Shown here: positions 8,354 through 19,400 of the stretch, one piece after another | Position numbering within the stretch: the stretch's first letter is position 1 | Layout: each line of letters opens with the position of its first letter | From: Mycolicibacterium smegmatis | GTDB taxonomy: Bacteria; Actinomycetota; Actinomycetes; Mycobacteriales; Mycobacteriaceae | Assembly (NCBI RefSeq): GCF_001457595.1 | Contig: NZ_LN831039.1 | Location: 5,820,001 to 5,852,000, forward strand | Direction: 5' to 3' | Length of the DNA stretch: 32,000 nt | Position numbers and translations under genes: made by a program | Notes under the pieces: model-generated | What the model was told of the DNA's origin: nothing | Database searches by the model: none | The model's input: the letters and a program-made list of their open reading frames with translations, nothing else

Positions 8354-9912
8354 GAGACGGACGCGGCGACCAGGGTGTCGCGCTTGGCCAGCACGTAGTA
8401 CAGGCCGAACGCGATACCGCAGCCGATGAACCAGCTGTACTGGGCGGCCGTGTGCATGCCGGCCACGGACCCGCCGAGCAGCACCGGGATCACCGCCAGG
8501 ACCGCACCCACCACGGTCGCGATCACGGCAACCTTGTTGTAGCCCTTGGTGTACCAGTACTTGCCCGACTCGTCGAGGGTGAACATGTCGTCCACGATCA
8601 CCTTCTGCTTGCGCACCAGGTAGAAGTCGGCGATCAGCACACCGAACAGCGGGCCGATGAACGCGCCGAGGGTCTCCAGCGTGTAGTGGATGACCTCGGG
8701 GTTGTTGTAGAGGTTCCACGGCGTGATCAGCACCGAACCGACCGCGGCGATCATGCCGCCTGCACGCCAACTGATGCGCTGCGGGCTGACGTTGGAGAAG
8801 TCGAACGCCGGCGAGATGAAGTTCGCGACGATGTTGATACCGATCGTGGCGATCGCGAACGTCAACGCGCCCAGTACGATCGCGAACGTGCTGTCGATGC
8901 GGGCCACGGTCTCGACGGGATCGGTGATGAGCTCGCCGAACACCGGAAGCGTCAGCGACGCCGTGACCACCACGAGCACCGAGAACACCAGGAAGTTGAC
9001 CGGCAGGCCAAGGAAGTTGCCCTTCTTGACCGCGGCGAATGTCCTGCCGTAGCGCGAGAAGTCACCGAAGTTGAGCATCGGCCCCGAGAAGTACGACACC
9101 ACCAGCGCGATCGCGCCGAGCATCACCGGCACCGACGACCAGCCAGTGTAGGTGACCTCACCGAGGCTCAGATCGATTGCGCCCCAACCGGCCTGAAAGA
9201 TCAGGTAACCGCACAGCAGGAACATCACCACGTACACCGCGGGCCCGCAGAAGTCGATGAACTTGCGGATCGATTCCATGCCGCGCCAGAACACACATGC
9301 CTGCAGCACCCACAGCAACAGGAAGCTGCCCCAGCCCAGCAGCGACAGCCCCGCGAAACCGTAGTCGTCGACCACTGCGTACGGCGCCAGGGCCGGGAAC
9401 AGCTTGACCAGCACGATGTCGAGGGCCGCCGAGGCCAGGAACGTCTGGATGCCGTACCAGGCGACGGCGATCAGACCGCGGATGATGGCCGGGATGTTGG
9501 CGCCCAGCACACCGAACACGGTGCGGCAGATCACCGGATACGGCACACCGGTCTGCTGGCTGGGTTTGGCGACCAGGTTGCAGAACACGTTGACGATCGA
9601 GATGCCGATCAGCAGCGCCACCAGCACCTGCCAGCTGGCCAGGCCCAGCGCGAACAGGCTGCCCGCCGTGACGTAGCCGCCGACACTGTGCACGTCGGAC
9701 ATCCAGAAGGCGAAGATGTTGTAGGAGCCCCACTTCTGCTGGCGCAGCGGGGCGAGGTCTTCGTTGGTCAGTCTCGGGTCGTAGCCCGGTTTGATGGCGC
9801 CGCTGCCGATGGGGTGACCGGCCGCTTCGACGAGATCGCCGGCCGCGACGGGGAAGCTCCCGTCGGGGCCGGCCGGTCCGCCGCCTGCGTTGGGTACTGC
9901 GGTTTCTGTCAT
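8350..9912 (-). CDS. NCS1-family nucleobase/allantoin/hydantoin permease
   Basis: 520 aa hydrophobic protein; NEDLAPLRQQKWGSYNIFAFWMSDVHSVGGYV, RTVFGVLGANIPAIIRGLIAVAWYGIQT, DFSRYGRT. Confidence 0.9.
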   Translation of the reverse strand: MTETAVPNAGGGPAGPDGSFPVAAGDLVEAAGHPIGSGAIKPGYDPRLTNEDLAPLRQQKWGSYNIFAFWMSDVHSVGGYVTAGSLFALGLASWQVLVALLIGISIVNVFCNLVAKPSQQTGVPYPVICRTVFGVLGANIPAIIRGLIAVAWYGIQTFLASAALDIVLVKLFPALAPYAVVDDYGFAGLSLLGWGSFLLLWVLQACVFWRGMESIRKFIDFCGPAVYVVMFLLCGYLIFQAGWGAIDLSLGEVTYTGWSSVPVMLGAIALVVSYFSGPMLNFGDFSRYGRTFAAVKKGNFLGLPVNFLVFSVLVVVTASLTLPVFGELITDPVETVARIDSTFAIVLGALTFAIATIGINIVANFISPAFDFSNVSPQRISWRAGGMIAAVGSVLITPWNLYNNPEVIHYTLETLGAFIGPLFGVLIADFYLVRKQKVIVDDMFTLDESGKYWYTKGYNKVAVIATVVGAVLAVIPVLLGGSVAGMHTAAQYSWFIGCGIAFGLYYVLAKRDTLVAASVS

Positions 9913-9986
9913 GGCCCGACGCTAGGAACGATGTGTTTCGCCCACATTTCGTCCGAGCTATGCATCAATTTCGCAAAAGATATATT

Positions 9987-10682
9987 TCAGGCCAGCAGTC
10001 CGGTGCCTGTGGGCAGCACCGCGATGACCGCGTTGAGCCTGGCCGCATGGGCCTCGGAGGCCGCGACCAGGCGTTCGGCGTCGCGCATCAGGAACGCATC
10101 GAGCATCTCGCGGTGATCGGCGTGCAACTGAACGCGCTCGTCGGCGCGCACGTGCACCATCGACTGCACGGGTTCGGTGACGTTCCACGCCGCTTCCAGC
10201 ATGTGCAGCAACCGGTGCATGCGCGACGGCCGGGTGAGCGCGGCGTGGAACTGGCGACTCTCGCGGTGGTAGGTCGCCGCGTCGTCGTCGGCGATCGCCT
10301 GTTCGAGCACCGCGTTGGCCGCGATCGCGGCGTCCCGGTCGGCTTCTGTCGCGTTGGCCACCGCGGCCATCAGTGACGCAGACTCCAAAGTCTCGCGCAC
10401 GATGTACATTTCGCGCAGTTCCTGCGCGGTCAGCAGCGCGACCGTGTAGCCCGCGTTGCGCCGGTGGGCCACCAGGCCTTCCCCGATGAGCGTTTTGAGC
10501 GCCTCACGCACCGGGATCTGGCTGACCCCGAACACCTCGGCCACCTCGGCGAGCGGGATCGGGGTACCCGGCGGCACACCGCCGTCGAGGATGGCGCGGC
10601 GCAGTTCGTCGAGCACGGCCTGCTGCGACGGCGCCACCGCCACCAACTGCTGCAGCAGTGCCGAACGCCGATGAGGCCGCAT
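9987..10682 (-). CDS. GntR-family regulator with FCD domain (alternative start at 10709)
   Basis: AILDGGVPPGTPIPLAEVAEVFGVSQIPVREALKTLIGEGLVAHRRNAGYTVALL ... LHADHREMLDAFLMRDAERLVAASEAHAARL. Confidence 0.9.
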   Translation of the reverse strand: MRPHRRSALLQQLVAVAPSQQAVLDELRRAILDGGVPPGTPIPLAEVAEVFGVSQIPVREALKTLIGEGLVAHRRNAGYTVALLTAQELREMYIVRETLESASLMAAVANATEADRDAAIAANAVLEQAIADDDAATYHRESRQFHAALTRPSRMHRLLHMLEAAWNVTEPVQSMVHVRADERVQLHADHREMLDAFLMRDAERLVAASEAHAARLNAVIAVLPTGTGLLA

Positions 10683-10727
10683 GTCCGGCCATGTTAAGTC
10701 ACCGCACACGCGTGCGCGCGCCGAGAA

Positions 10728-11672
10728 TCACAGCGACGCGGCGACGGCCCAGAGCTCCTCCAGATCGTTCTGCTCGACCTGCAGGGGGCTGAGCACCACA
10801 TCGGTGGCCCCGGCGTCGAGGTAGCTCTGCAACTTCTCACGCACCTGATCGGGCGAGCCCAGCGCCGCGAGCTCGGTGAGATCGCTGATCCCTTCGCGGG
10901 CGATGACCTTCTGGTACGACGGGATGGTCGCATAGAACGCGAGTTGTTCGGCGGCGGTCCGGCGGGCGGTCTCGGCGTCGTCGGACAGCACGACCGGCAC
11001 CATCGCGGTGACGCGTGGTTGCGGGCGGCCCGCGGCCTCGGCGGCGTCATTGATGGTGGGCACGATGAACTCACTGAGCGTGCGTGGACCCGCCAGGTAC
11101 GGCAGGGTTCCGTCGGCATACTCTCCGGTGATGCGTAAGGCCTTGGGCCCCATGGCCGCAACGTAAATCGGGATCGGCGTGCCGCCGGCCACCTGGACGG
11201 GCCACTGCAATTCGATGGAGTACTCGGCACCGCGGAAGTTGGCGTCGCCCCTTTCGAATGCCCCGCGCAGCACCTGGAGGTACTCGTGCAGTCGGTTGAC
11301 GGTGTTGGTCCGGTCGATGCCGAACGCGTAGTGCTCGATCACCCGCGCGCCCAGGCCGAGCCCCAGCGTGAAGTTTCCGTGCGCGGCGGCCTGCGCGGTC
11401 TGGGCGGCCGCGGAGATCACCAGCGGGTGGCGCGGGTTGATCGGCACCACAGCGGTCCCGACGCCCAATCCCGGTACCGCGGCGCCGATCAGACCGGCCG
11501 CGGCGATCGCGTCGATGTCGGCCTGCTGGGCCAGCCAGATCTGCTTGACCCCGATGTCGTGGGCGCGGCGCGCGTCGGCTATCAGACCGTCGATGGCGTT
11601 GGCGGCGGAAGGGTTGATTCTGAGCATCACTCCGGTCGGCATGATCACACTCAACCGAGTGCCCCCTGGCAC
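10728..11672 (-). CDS. LLM-class (F420-dependent type) oxidoreductase
   Basis: 314 aa; IGVKQIWLAQQADIDAIAAAGLIG ... TLGLGLGARVIEHYAFG ... YLQVLRGAFERG ... VYVAAMGPKALRITGEYADGTLPYL. Confidence 0.85.
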   Translation of the reverse strand: MPGGTRLSVIMPTGVMLRINPSAANAIDGLIADARRAHDIGVKQIWLAQQADIDAIAAAGLIGAAVPGLGVGTAVVPINPRHPLVISAAAQTAQAAAHGNFTLGLGLGARVIEHYAFGIDRTNTVNRLHEYLQVLRGAFERGDANFRGAEYSIELQWPVQVAGGTPIPIYVAAMGPKALRITGEYADGTLPYLAGPRTLSEFIVPTINDAAEAAGRPQPRVTAMVPVVLSDDAETARRTAAEQLAFYATIPSYQKVIAREGISDLTELAALGSPDQVREKLQSYLDAGATDVVLSPLQVEQNDLEELWAVAASL

Positions 11673-11687
11673 TATTCCGCCGGACGC

Positions 11688-12566
11688 CTAACGGCAGATC
11701 ATCACCGGAACGGGGCTGTGGTGCAGTAGGTTCAGGCTCGTCGAGCCCAGCAGCACCCCGGCCAGCGCGTTGCGGCCACGGGTACCGACCACCAGCAGCT
11801 GGGCGTCGCCCGCGTGCTTCATGAGCGCCTTGGCGGGCGAGGCGACCTCGACGTAGCACTTCGCCTCGACGTTCGGATGCGCGCTCGCGGCCTTGTCGAC
11901 CGTCTCGGTGAGCGCGACGAGCTCGGCGGCCTCGACACCTTCCCAGTCGATGACGAACGGAACGGTCACGCCGGTTTCGGCGGGCACGTGCAGCGACATC
12001 GACCGCACCGCGCGCAGCGGCGCGCCGAGCTTGTCGGCCAACTCCAGCGCCGCGGCCAGCGCGTGCTCGGCGGCCGGGCTGTCGTCGATCCCGACGACGA
12101 TCGGGCCGTCACCGGGCTCGAGGTGCTCACCGCGGTACGCCACCACGGGGCACTCGGCATGCCGGGCCACCGACAGCGAGGTCGACCCGACCAGCAACGC
12201 CGCTGTCGGTGTCACGGCCTTGCCGCCGAGGACCACCAGACGGGCCTGCTTGCCTGCCTCGATCAGCGCCTGGTCGGCCGGTTCGTTGAGCGACGACGTG
12301 GTGATGGCCAGCCCGGGCCGCTCGGCGGCGACCGAATCCACCGCGGCCTTGAGGAAGATCTCGGCGCAGTCCTGCTGATAGGTCATCATCGCCGCGACCA
12401 TCGCGCCCGCACTCTCGGTGAGGTTGCGGCCGAGTGTGGGCAGGGCGTGCAGGATGTGCAGCGGCGCGCCGAGCTTCTCGGCCAGCGCACCGGCCCACCG
12501 CGCGGCGTTCACCGCGCTGTCGCTGCCGTCGATGCCGACCACGACCGGAGCTGTCGAAGTGCTCAT
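11688..12566 (-). CDS. Universal stress protein, two UspA domains
   Basis: 292 aa; APVVVGIDGSDSAVNAARWA and GPIVVGIDDSPAAEHALAAA; GTRGRNALAGVLLGSTSLNLLHHSPVPVMICR. Confidence 0.94.
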   Translation of the reverse strand: MSTSTAPVVVGIDGSDSAVNAARWAGALAEKLGAPLHILHALPTLGRNLTESAGAMVAAMMTYQQDCAEIFLKAAVDSVAAERPGLAITTSSLNEPADQALIEAGKQARLVVLGGKAVTPTAALLVGSTSLSVARHAECPVVAYRGEHLEPGDGPIVVGIDDSPAAEHALAAALELADKLGAPLRAVRSMSLHVPAETGVTVPFVIDWEGVEAAELVALTETVDKAASAHPNVEAKCYVEVASPAKALMKHAGDAQLLVVGTRGRNALAGVLLGSTSLNLLHHSPVPVMICR

Positions 12567-12602
12567 ACCTCGATCCTGCTGATCGACGTCTCTGCAGACA
12601 AT

Positions 12603-12645
12603 GGCCGAAAGTCCCTAATCGGGACGCGGCCGAAAGTCCCTAATC
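12603..12645 (-). promoter_or_regulatory. Tandem DevR/DosR-box-like repeats upstream of the universal stress protein gene
   Basis: GATTAGGGACTTTCGGCC on the minus strand occurs twice (12645-12628 and 12620-12603), 25-bp period. Confidence 0.55.
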
Positions 12646-13722
12646 CCAGCCGATGTCCTCGATGCTCGTCGAGCCCTGCGGCGGTTTGCCGGGCGTGGGC
12701 GCCGGGGTGCGCGAGAACCGCGGCGCGGGGGCGGCCTGGGCCACGCCGTCGACGTCGATCAGCGTCGAGCGTTCCCGCAGGTGGGCGTTCTCGGCGGCCT
12801 CGCCCCACGTGAGCACGGGCGTCACGCACGCGTCGGTGCCCGCGAAGATCTCCGTCCACTCGGCGCGGGTCTTCGTCTTGAACCGTTCGGTGAAGATCTT
12901 GCGCATCTCGTCGTAGCGCCCGATCTCGAACTGGCCCGGAATCTCGTCGGCCGCGAGTCCCAGGCCCGCGACCAGCTGCGCGAAGAACTGCGGTTCGATC
13001 GAACCGACCGCCATGTAACCGCCGTCGGCGGTCTCGTAGCACCGGTAGAACGGGGCGCCGCCGTCGAGCAGGAACGACTCCCGCTCGTCGCGCAACGACC
13101 CGGTGGCCCGCATGGTCCACATCATCTGCGCGAGCATGCTCACGCCGTCGACCATCGCGGCGTCGATCACCTGCCCCTTGCCGGACCGCTCACGCTCGTA
13201 CAGGGCCGAGACGATGCCGACGAGCACCAGCATCGACCCGCCGCCGAAATCGGCGACCAGGTTCATGGGCGCGACGGGCGGCCGGTCGCGGTAGCCGATG
13301 GCCGACAACGCGCCCGTCTGCGACAGGTAGTTGATGTCGTGGCCCGCGGTCTGCGCGAGCGGGCCGTCCTGACCCCACCCGGTGATGCGCGCGAAGATCA
13401 GCCGCGGGTTGACCGCCTCGCACTCCTTCGGGCCGATACCGAGGCGCTCACACGTGCCGGGGCGGAAGCAGTCCAGCAGCACGTCGGCCTTGGCCACCAG
13501 GTCGAGCAGCTTGGCGGGCTCGGCCTTGACGTCGAGGTCGACGATGCGCTTTCCACGGTGCAGCAGGTCCACGTTCTCGGCGGGCAGGGTCAGCCCACCC
13601 GGGCGGCGGACCCGGACCACGTCGGCGCCGAGATCGGACAGCATCATCGCGGCGTGCGGCCCGGGGCCGATTCCTCCGAGTTCGACAACCCTCACGCCAG
13701 ACAGGGGGCCGGTCTTCGTCAT
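12640..13722 (-). CDS. CaiB/BaiF CoA-transferase, alpha-methylacyl-CoA racemase-like
   Basis: [43 protein letters not shown] ... [33 protein letters not shown]; true start inside the 841-aa merged ORF. Confidence 0.93.
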   Translation of the reverse strand: MTKTGPLSGVRVVELGGIGPGPHAAMMLSDLGADVVRVRRPGGLTLPAENVDLLHRGKRIVDLDVKAEPAKLLDLVAKADVLLDCFRPGTCERLGIGPKECEAVNPRLIFARITGWGQDGPLAQTAGHDINYLSQTGALSAIGYRDRPPVAPMNLVADFGGGSMLVLVGIVSALYERERSGKGQVIDAAMVDGVSMLAQMMWTMRATGSLRDERESFLLDGGAPFYRCYETADGGYMAVGSIEPQFFAQLVAGLGLAADEIPGQFEIGRYDEMRKIFTERFKTKTRAEWTEIFAGTDACVTPVLTWGEAAENAHLRERSTLIDVDGVAQAAPAPRFSRTPAPTPGKPPQGSTSIEDIGWD

Positions 13723-13740
13723 GCGAGGCAGACTAGCGGC

Positions 13741-15408
13741 ATGACCGATGACGGCTACACAGTCGGTGACTACCTCCTGGACCGGCTCGCCGAACTCGGC
13801 GTGACCGAGGTCTTCGGCGTCCCCGGCGACTATCAGCTGGAGTTCCTCGACCACGTCGTGGCGCACCCGCGCATCACGTGGGTCGGCGGCGCGAACGAAC
13901 TCAACGCGGGCTACGCGGCCGACGGCTACGGCCGGCTGCGGGGCATGGCGGCGTTGGTCACCACGTTCGGCGTCGGTGAGCTCTCGGCGGCCAACGCCAT
14001 CGCAGGCAGCTACGCCGAGCACGTCCCGGTGGTGCACATCGTCGGCGCGCCGTCGAAGGATTCGCAGGCCGCGCGGCGCATCGTGCACCACACGCTGGGT
14101 GACGGCGATTTCGAGCACTTCCTGCGCATGAGCCGCGAGATCACCTGCGCGCAGGCCAATCTGGTGCCCGCCACGGCGACCCGCGAGATCGACCGCGTGC
14201 TCTCGGAGGTGCACGAGCAGAAGCGGCCCGGCTATCTGCTGATCGCGACCGACGTCGCCCGCTTCCCCACCGAACCACCGACCGCCCCGCTGCCGCGCCA
14301 CAGCGGGGGCACCAGCCCACGGGCGCTGTCGCTGTTCACCGAGGCCGCAACGCAACTCATCGGCGAGCACCGGTTGACCGTGCTGGCCGATTTCCTGGTG
14401 CACCGCATGGGATGCGTCGAGGCGCTCAACAAGCTGCTGACCGCCGACACCGTGCCGCACGCCACGCTGATGTGGGGCAAGAGCCTGGTCGACGAGAGTT
14501 CGCCGAACTTCCTGGGCATCTACGCCGGTGCGGCCAGTGAGGGCTCGGTGCGCGAGGTGATCGAGGACGCGCCTGTGCTGGTGACCGCAGGTGTGCTGTT
14601 CACCGACATGGTCAGCGGGTTCTTCAGCCAGCGCATCGACCCGGCACGCACGATCGACATCGGGGTCAACCAGAGCGTCGTCGCCGGGCAGGTGTTCGCG
14701 CCGCTGGACATGGCTGCCGCGCTCGACGCGCTCGCGTCGATCCTCGCCGAACGCGGCATCGAGTCGCCCGCACTGCCGCCGGCCCCCGCACCGCAGCGGC
14801 CCGCAGCGCCGCCGCGTGACGCGGTGCTTACACAGGAAGCGTTGTGGGACAGGCTCGCCGAGGCGTTGACGCCGGGCAACGTGGTGCTCGCCGACCAGGG
14901 CACGTCTTTCTACGGCCTGGCCGGGCACCGGCTGGCGTCGGGCGTGACATTCATCGGTCAGCCGTTGTGGGCGTCGATCGGCTACACACTGCCCGCCGCG
15001 CTCGGCGCGGGCCTGGCCGACCGCGACCGGCGCACGGTGCTGCTGATCGGCGACGGCGCAGCGCAGTTGACGGTGCAGGAACTCGGCGCGTTCGGCCGCG
15101 AGGGGCTCACGCCCGTGGTGGTGGTCGTCAACAACAACGGCTACACCGTGGAGCGCGCGATCCACGGTGTCACGGCCCGCTACAACGACATCACGGCGTG
15201 GCAGTGGACCGAGTTGCCGGCCGCACTCGGTGTGCCCGATGCGCTGACGTTCCGCTGCGCCACCTACGGCGAACTCGACGACGCACTGACCGTCGCCGCC
15301 GAGACGCAGGACCGCATGGTGTTCGTCGAGGTGATGCTTGAGCGCATGGACATTCCGCCGCTGCTGGGCGAGCTGGCACAGTCGGCCTCGGCCGCCAACG
15401 CCAAATAG
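13741..15408 (+). CDS. kdc: Thiamine-diphosphate-dependent 2-keto acid (indolepyruvate/pyruvate-type) decarboxylase
   Basis: [39 protein letters not shown] ... [40 protein letters not shown]. Confidence 0.93.
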   Translation: MTDDGYTVGDYLLDRLAELGVTEVFGVPGDYQLEFLDHVVAHPRITWVGGANELNAGYAADGYGRLRGMAALVTTFGVGELSAANAIAGSYAEHVPVVHIVGAPSKDSQAARRIVHHTLGDGDFEHFLRMSREITCAQANLVPATATREIDRVLSEVHEQKRPGYLLIATDVARFPTEPPTAPLPRHSGGTSPRALSLFTEAATQLIGEHRLTVLADFLVHRMGCVEALNKLLTADTVPHATLMWGKSLVDESSPNFLGIYAGAASEGSVREVIEDAPVLVTAGVLFTDMVSGFFSQRIDPARTIDIGVNQSVVAGQVFAPLDMAAALDALASILAERGIESPALPPAPAPQRPAAPPRDAVLTQEALWDRLAEALTPGNVVLADQGTSFYGLAGHRLASGVTFIGQPLWASIGYTLPAALGAGLADRDRRTVLLIGDGAAQLTVQELGAFGREGLTPVVVVVNNNGYTVERAIHGVTARYNDITAWQWTELPAALGVPDALTFRCATYGELDDALTVAAETQDRMVFVEVMLERMDIPPLLGELAQSASAANAK

Positions 15409-15418
15409 CGCGTGAGGT

Positions 15419-15859
15419 TCAGCCCTTCTTGACCTTGAGCACCTGTTTGCGCAGGCCGTCGGTCGCGGTCTCGACCCCGCCCTTCATGGTGCGCTTGACG
15501 ATGAACCCGGGCAGCGGCACCGACAGGTCGATCGAGATGTCGAAACGCACCTTGGTCTTGTCGCCCTGCGGCGTCAGGGTGTAGCTGGCGTCCTGCGCCT
15601 TGAGCTGGCCGGCGCTCATCAGCGTCCAACTCACCTTGTTCTCCGACCACGTGTACTCGATGACCTGGTCGTCGGTGAGCCCCGCGGCCTTGACCGTCAT
15701 CTTGGCCCGGCGCGGCCTGCCGTCGTCGTAGCGTTCGGTGATCTCGGCGTGGGTGTACTGCGGTGACCAACTCGGCGTCGACTCGACGTCCGCGATGACG
15801 TCGAGGATCTCCTCGGGTGACGCCTCGATCAGCACTTCTCGGGAATCGCTGGTTGCCAT
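15419..15859 (-). CDS. SRPBCC-family (polyketide cyclase/START-like) protein
   Basis: MATSDSREVLIEASPEEILDVIADVESTPSWSPQYTHAEITERYDDGRPRRAKMTVKAAGLTDDQVIEYTW. Confidence 0.85.
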   Translation of the reverse strand: MATSDSREVLIEASPEEILDVIADVESTPSWSPQYTHAEITERYDDGRPRRAKMTVKAAGLTDDQVIEYTWSENKVSWTLMSAGQLKAQDASYTLTPQGDKTKVRFDISIDLSVPLPGFIVKRTMKGGVETATDGLRKQVLKVKKG

Positions 15860-15891
15860 GCCGCGCACCTTATCGGGCTACTCTCGACGTC

Positions 15892-16239
15892 ATGTCCAGA
15901 ACCGTCGATCCGAGCGTCCCACCCGCCGGGACCGGATGCGCGGAATGTGATGCGGCAGGAGGTTGGTGGGTGCACCTGCGGCGGTGCGCCAAATGCGGGC
16001 ACATCGGCTGCTGCGACGACTCGCTGGGCCGGCATGCCGCGGCGCACTGGCGCGAGACCAAGCACCCCGTGATCCGGTCGTTCGAGCCCGGCGAGGACTG
16101 GTTCTGGAACTATGCCGAGAACGCGTACATCGACGGTCCGGAGTTGGCGCCGCCGCAACACCATCCCGCGGATCAACCGGTGCCCGGTCCGCGCGGGCGC
16201 GTGCCCACCGACTGGGCCGACCGATTGCGGGCGCGTTAG
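15892..16239 (+). CDS. UBP-type zinc finger protein
   Basis: MSRTVDPSVPPAGTGCAECDAAGGWWVHLRRCAKCGHIGCCDDSLGRHAAAHWRETKHPVIRSFEPGEDWFWNY. Confidence 0.88.
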   Translation: MSRTVDPSVPPAGTGCAECDAAGGWWVHLRRCAKCGHIGCCDDSLGRHAAAHWRETKHPVIRSFEPGEDWFWNYAENAYIDGPELAPPQHHPADQPVPGPRGRVPTDWADRLRAR

Positions 16240-16457
16240 AGATCGGCGAGCGCGGGCGGTCGACATGGCCTTTCGGCCCCGGACGGGTTGGGCGCATCAG
16301 CAGGTCGGCATACCCGTCGGCCGCCTTCCTGGCGACCAGCTGGGAACTCGCTGAAAACGCTCCTCACCCATCGGGCGCAACCTGCCGATTTTCCGATGTG
16401 CACCAGCTCACGGTCACAGGAATGAATATCTGCGAGGTACAGCGGCTTTTTCCTCGT

Positions 16458-19400
16458 ATGACCAGCGATGTTCACGACGCCACAGACGGCGTCACCGAAA
16501 CCGCACTCGACGACGAGCAGTCGACCCGCCGCATCGCCGAGCTGTACGCCACCGATCCCGAGTTCGCCGCCGCCGCACCGTTGCCCGCCGTGGTCGACGC
16601 GGCGCACAAACCCGGGCTGCGGCTGGCAGAGATCCTGCAGACCCTGTTCACCGGCTACGGTGACCGCCCGGCGCTGGGATACCGCGCCCGTGAACTGGCC
16701 ACCGACGAGGGCGGGCGCACCGTGACGCGTCTGCTGCCGCGGTTCGACACCCTCACCTACGCCCAGGTTTGGTCGCGCGTGCAAGCGGTCGCCGCGGCCC
16801 TGCGCCACAACTTCGCGCAGCCGATCTACCCCGGCGACGCCGTCGCGACGATCGGTTTCGCGAGTCCCGATTACCTGACGTTGGATCTCGTATGCGCCTA
16901 CCTGGGCCTCGTGAGTGTTCCGCTGCAGCACAACGCACCGGTCAGCCGGCTCGCCCCGATCCTGGCCGAGGTCGAACCGCGCATCCTCACCGTGAGCGCC
17001 GAATACCTCGACCTCGCAGTCGAATCCGTGCGGGACGTCAACTCGGTGTCGCAGCTCGTGGTGTTCGACCATCACCCCGAGGTCGACGACCACCGCGACG
17101 CACTGGCCCGCGCGCGTGAACAACTCGCCGGCAAGGGCATCGCCGTCACCACCCTGGACGCGATCGCCGACGAGGGCGCCGGGCTGCCGGCCGAACCGAT
17201 CTACACCGCCGACCATGATCAGCGCCTCGCGATGATCCTGTACACCTCGGGTTCCACCGGCGCACCCAAGGGTGCGATGTACACCGAGGCGATGTTGGCG
17301 CGGCTGTGGACCATGTCGTTCATCACGGGTGACCCCACGCCGGTCATCAACGTCAACTTCATGCCGCTCAACCACCTGGGCGGGCGCATCCCCATCTCCA
17401 CCGCCGTGCAGAACGGTGGAACCAGTTACTTCGTACCGGAATCCGACATGTCCACGCTGTTCGAGGATCTCGCGCTGGTGCGCCCGACCGAACTCGGCCT
17501 GGTTCCGCGCGTCGCCGACATGCTCTACCAGCACCACCTCGCCACCGTCGACCGCCTGGTCACGCAGGGCGCCGACGAACTGACCGCCGAGAAGCAGGCC
17601 GGTGCCGAACTGCGTGAGCAGGTGCTCGGCGGACGCGTGATCACCGGATTCGTCAGCACCGCACCGCTGGCCGCGGAGATGAGGGCGTTCCTCGACATCA
17701 CCCTGGGCGCACACATCGTCGACGGCTACGGGCTCACCGAGACCGGCGCCGTGACACGCGACGGTGTGATCGTGCGGCCACCGGTGATCGACTACAAGCT
17801 GATCGACGTTCCCGAACTCGGCTACTTCAGCACCGACAAGCCCTACCCGCGTGGCGAACTGCTGGTCAGGTCGCAAACGCTGACTCCCGGCTACTACAAG
17901 CGCCCCGAGGTCACCGCGAGCGTCTTCGACCGGGACGGCTACTACCACACCGGCGACGTCATGGCCGAGACCGCACCCGACCACCTGGTGTACGTGGACC
18001 GTCGCAACAACGTCCTCAAACTCGCGCAGGGCGAGTTCGTGGCGGTCGCCAACCTGGAGGCGGTGTTCTCCGGCGCGGCGCTGGTGCGCCAGATCTTCGT
18101 GTACGGCAACAGCGAGCGCAGTTTCCTTCTGGCCGTGGTGGTCCCGACGCCGGAGGCGCTCGAGCAGTACGATCCGGCCGCGCTCAAGGCCGCGCTGGCC
18201 GACTCGCTGCAGCGCACCGCACGCGACGCCGAACTGCAATCCTACGAGGTGCCGGCCGATTTCATCGTCGAGACCGAGCCGTTCAGCGCCGCCAACGGGC
18301 TGCTGTCGGGTGTCGGAAAACTGCTGCGGCCCAACCTCAAAGACCGCTACGGGCAGCGCCTGGAGCAGATGTACGCCGATATCGCGGCCACGCAGGCCAA
18401 CCAGTTGCGCGAACTGCGGCGCGCGGCCGCCACACAACCGGTGATCGACACCCTCACCCAGGCCGCTGCCACGATCCTCGGCACCGGGAGCGAGGTGGCA
18501 TCCGACGCCCACTTCACCGACCTGGGCGGGGATTCCCTGTCGGCGCTGACACTTTCGAACCTGCTGAGCGATTTCTTCGGTTTCGAAGTTCCCGTCGGCA
18601 CCATCGTGAACCCGGCCACCAACCTCGCCCAACTCGCCCAGCACATCGAGGCGCAGCGCACCGCGGGTGACCGCAGGCCGAGTTTCACCACCGTGCACGG
18701 CGCGGACGCCACCGAGATCCGGGCGAGTGAGCTGACCCTGGACAAGTTCATCGACGCCGAAACGCTCCAGGCCGCACCGGGTCTGCCCAAGGTCACCACC
18801 GAGCCACGGACGGTGTTGCTCTCGGGCGCCAACGGCTGGCTGGGCCGGTTCCTCACGTTGCAGTGGCTGGAACGCCTGGCACCTGTCGGCGGCACCCTCA
18901 TCACGATCGTGCGGGGCCGCGACGACGCCGCGGCCCGCGCACGGCTGACCCAGGCCTACGACACCGATCCCGAGTTGTCCCGCCGCTTCGCCGAGCTGGC
19001 CGACCGCCACCTGCGGGTGGTCGCCGGTGACATCGGCGACCCGAATCTGGGCCTCACACCCGAGATCTGGCACCGGCTCGCCGCCGAGGTCGACCTGGTG
19101 GTGCATCCGGCAGCGCTGGTCAACCACGTGCTCCCCTACCGGCAGCTGTTCGGCCCCAACGTCGTGGGCACGGCCGAGGTGATCAAGCTGGCCCTCACCG
19201 AACGGATCAAGCCCGTCACGTACCTGTCCACCGTGTCGGTGGCCATGGGGATCCCCGACTTCGAGGAGGACGGCGACATCCGGACCGTGAGCCCGGTGCG
19301 CCCGCTCGACGGCGGATACGCCAACGGCTACGGCAACAGCAAGTGGGCCGGCGAGGTGCTGCTGCGGGAGGCCCACGATCTGTGCGGGCTGCCCGTGGCG

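Noticed and set aside
12781-15408. 875-aa + strand ORF and 841-aa minus ORF (12640-15165)
   Set aside because: Both are start-extended: real kdc begins at 13741 and the CaiB-like protein at 13722; the extensions are antisense shadow.
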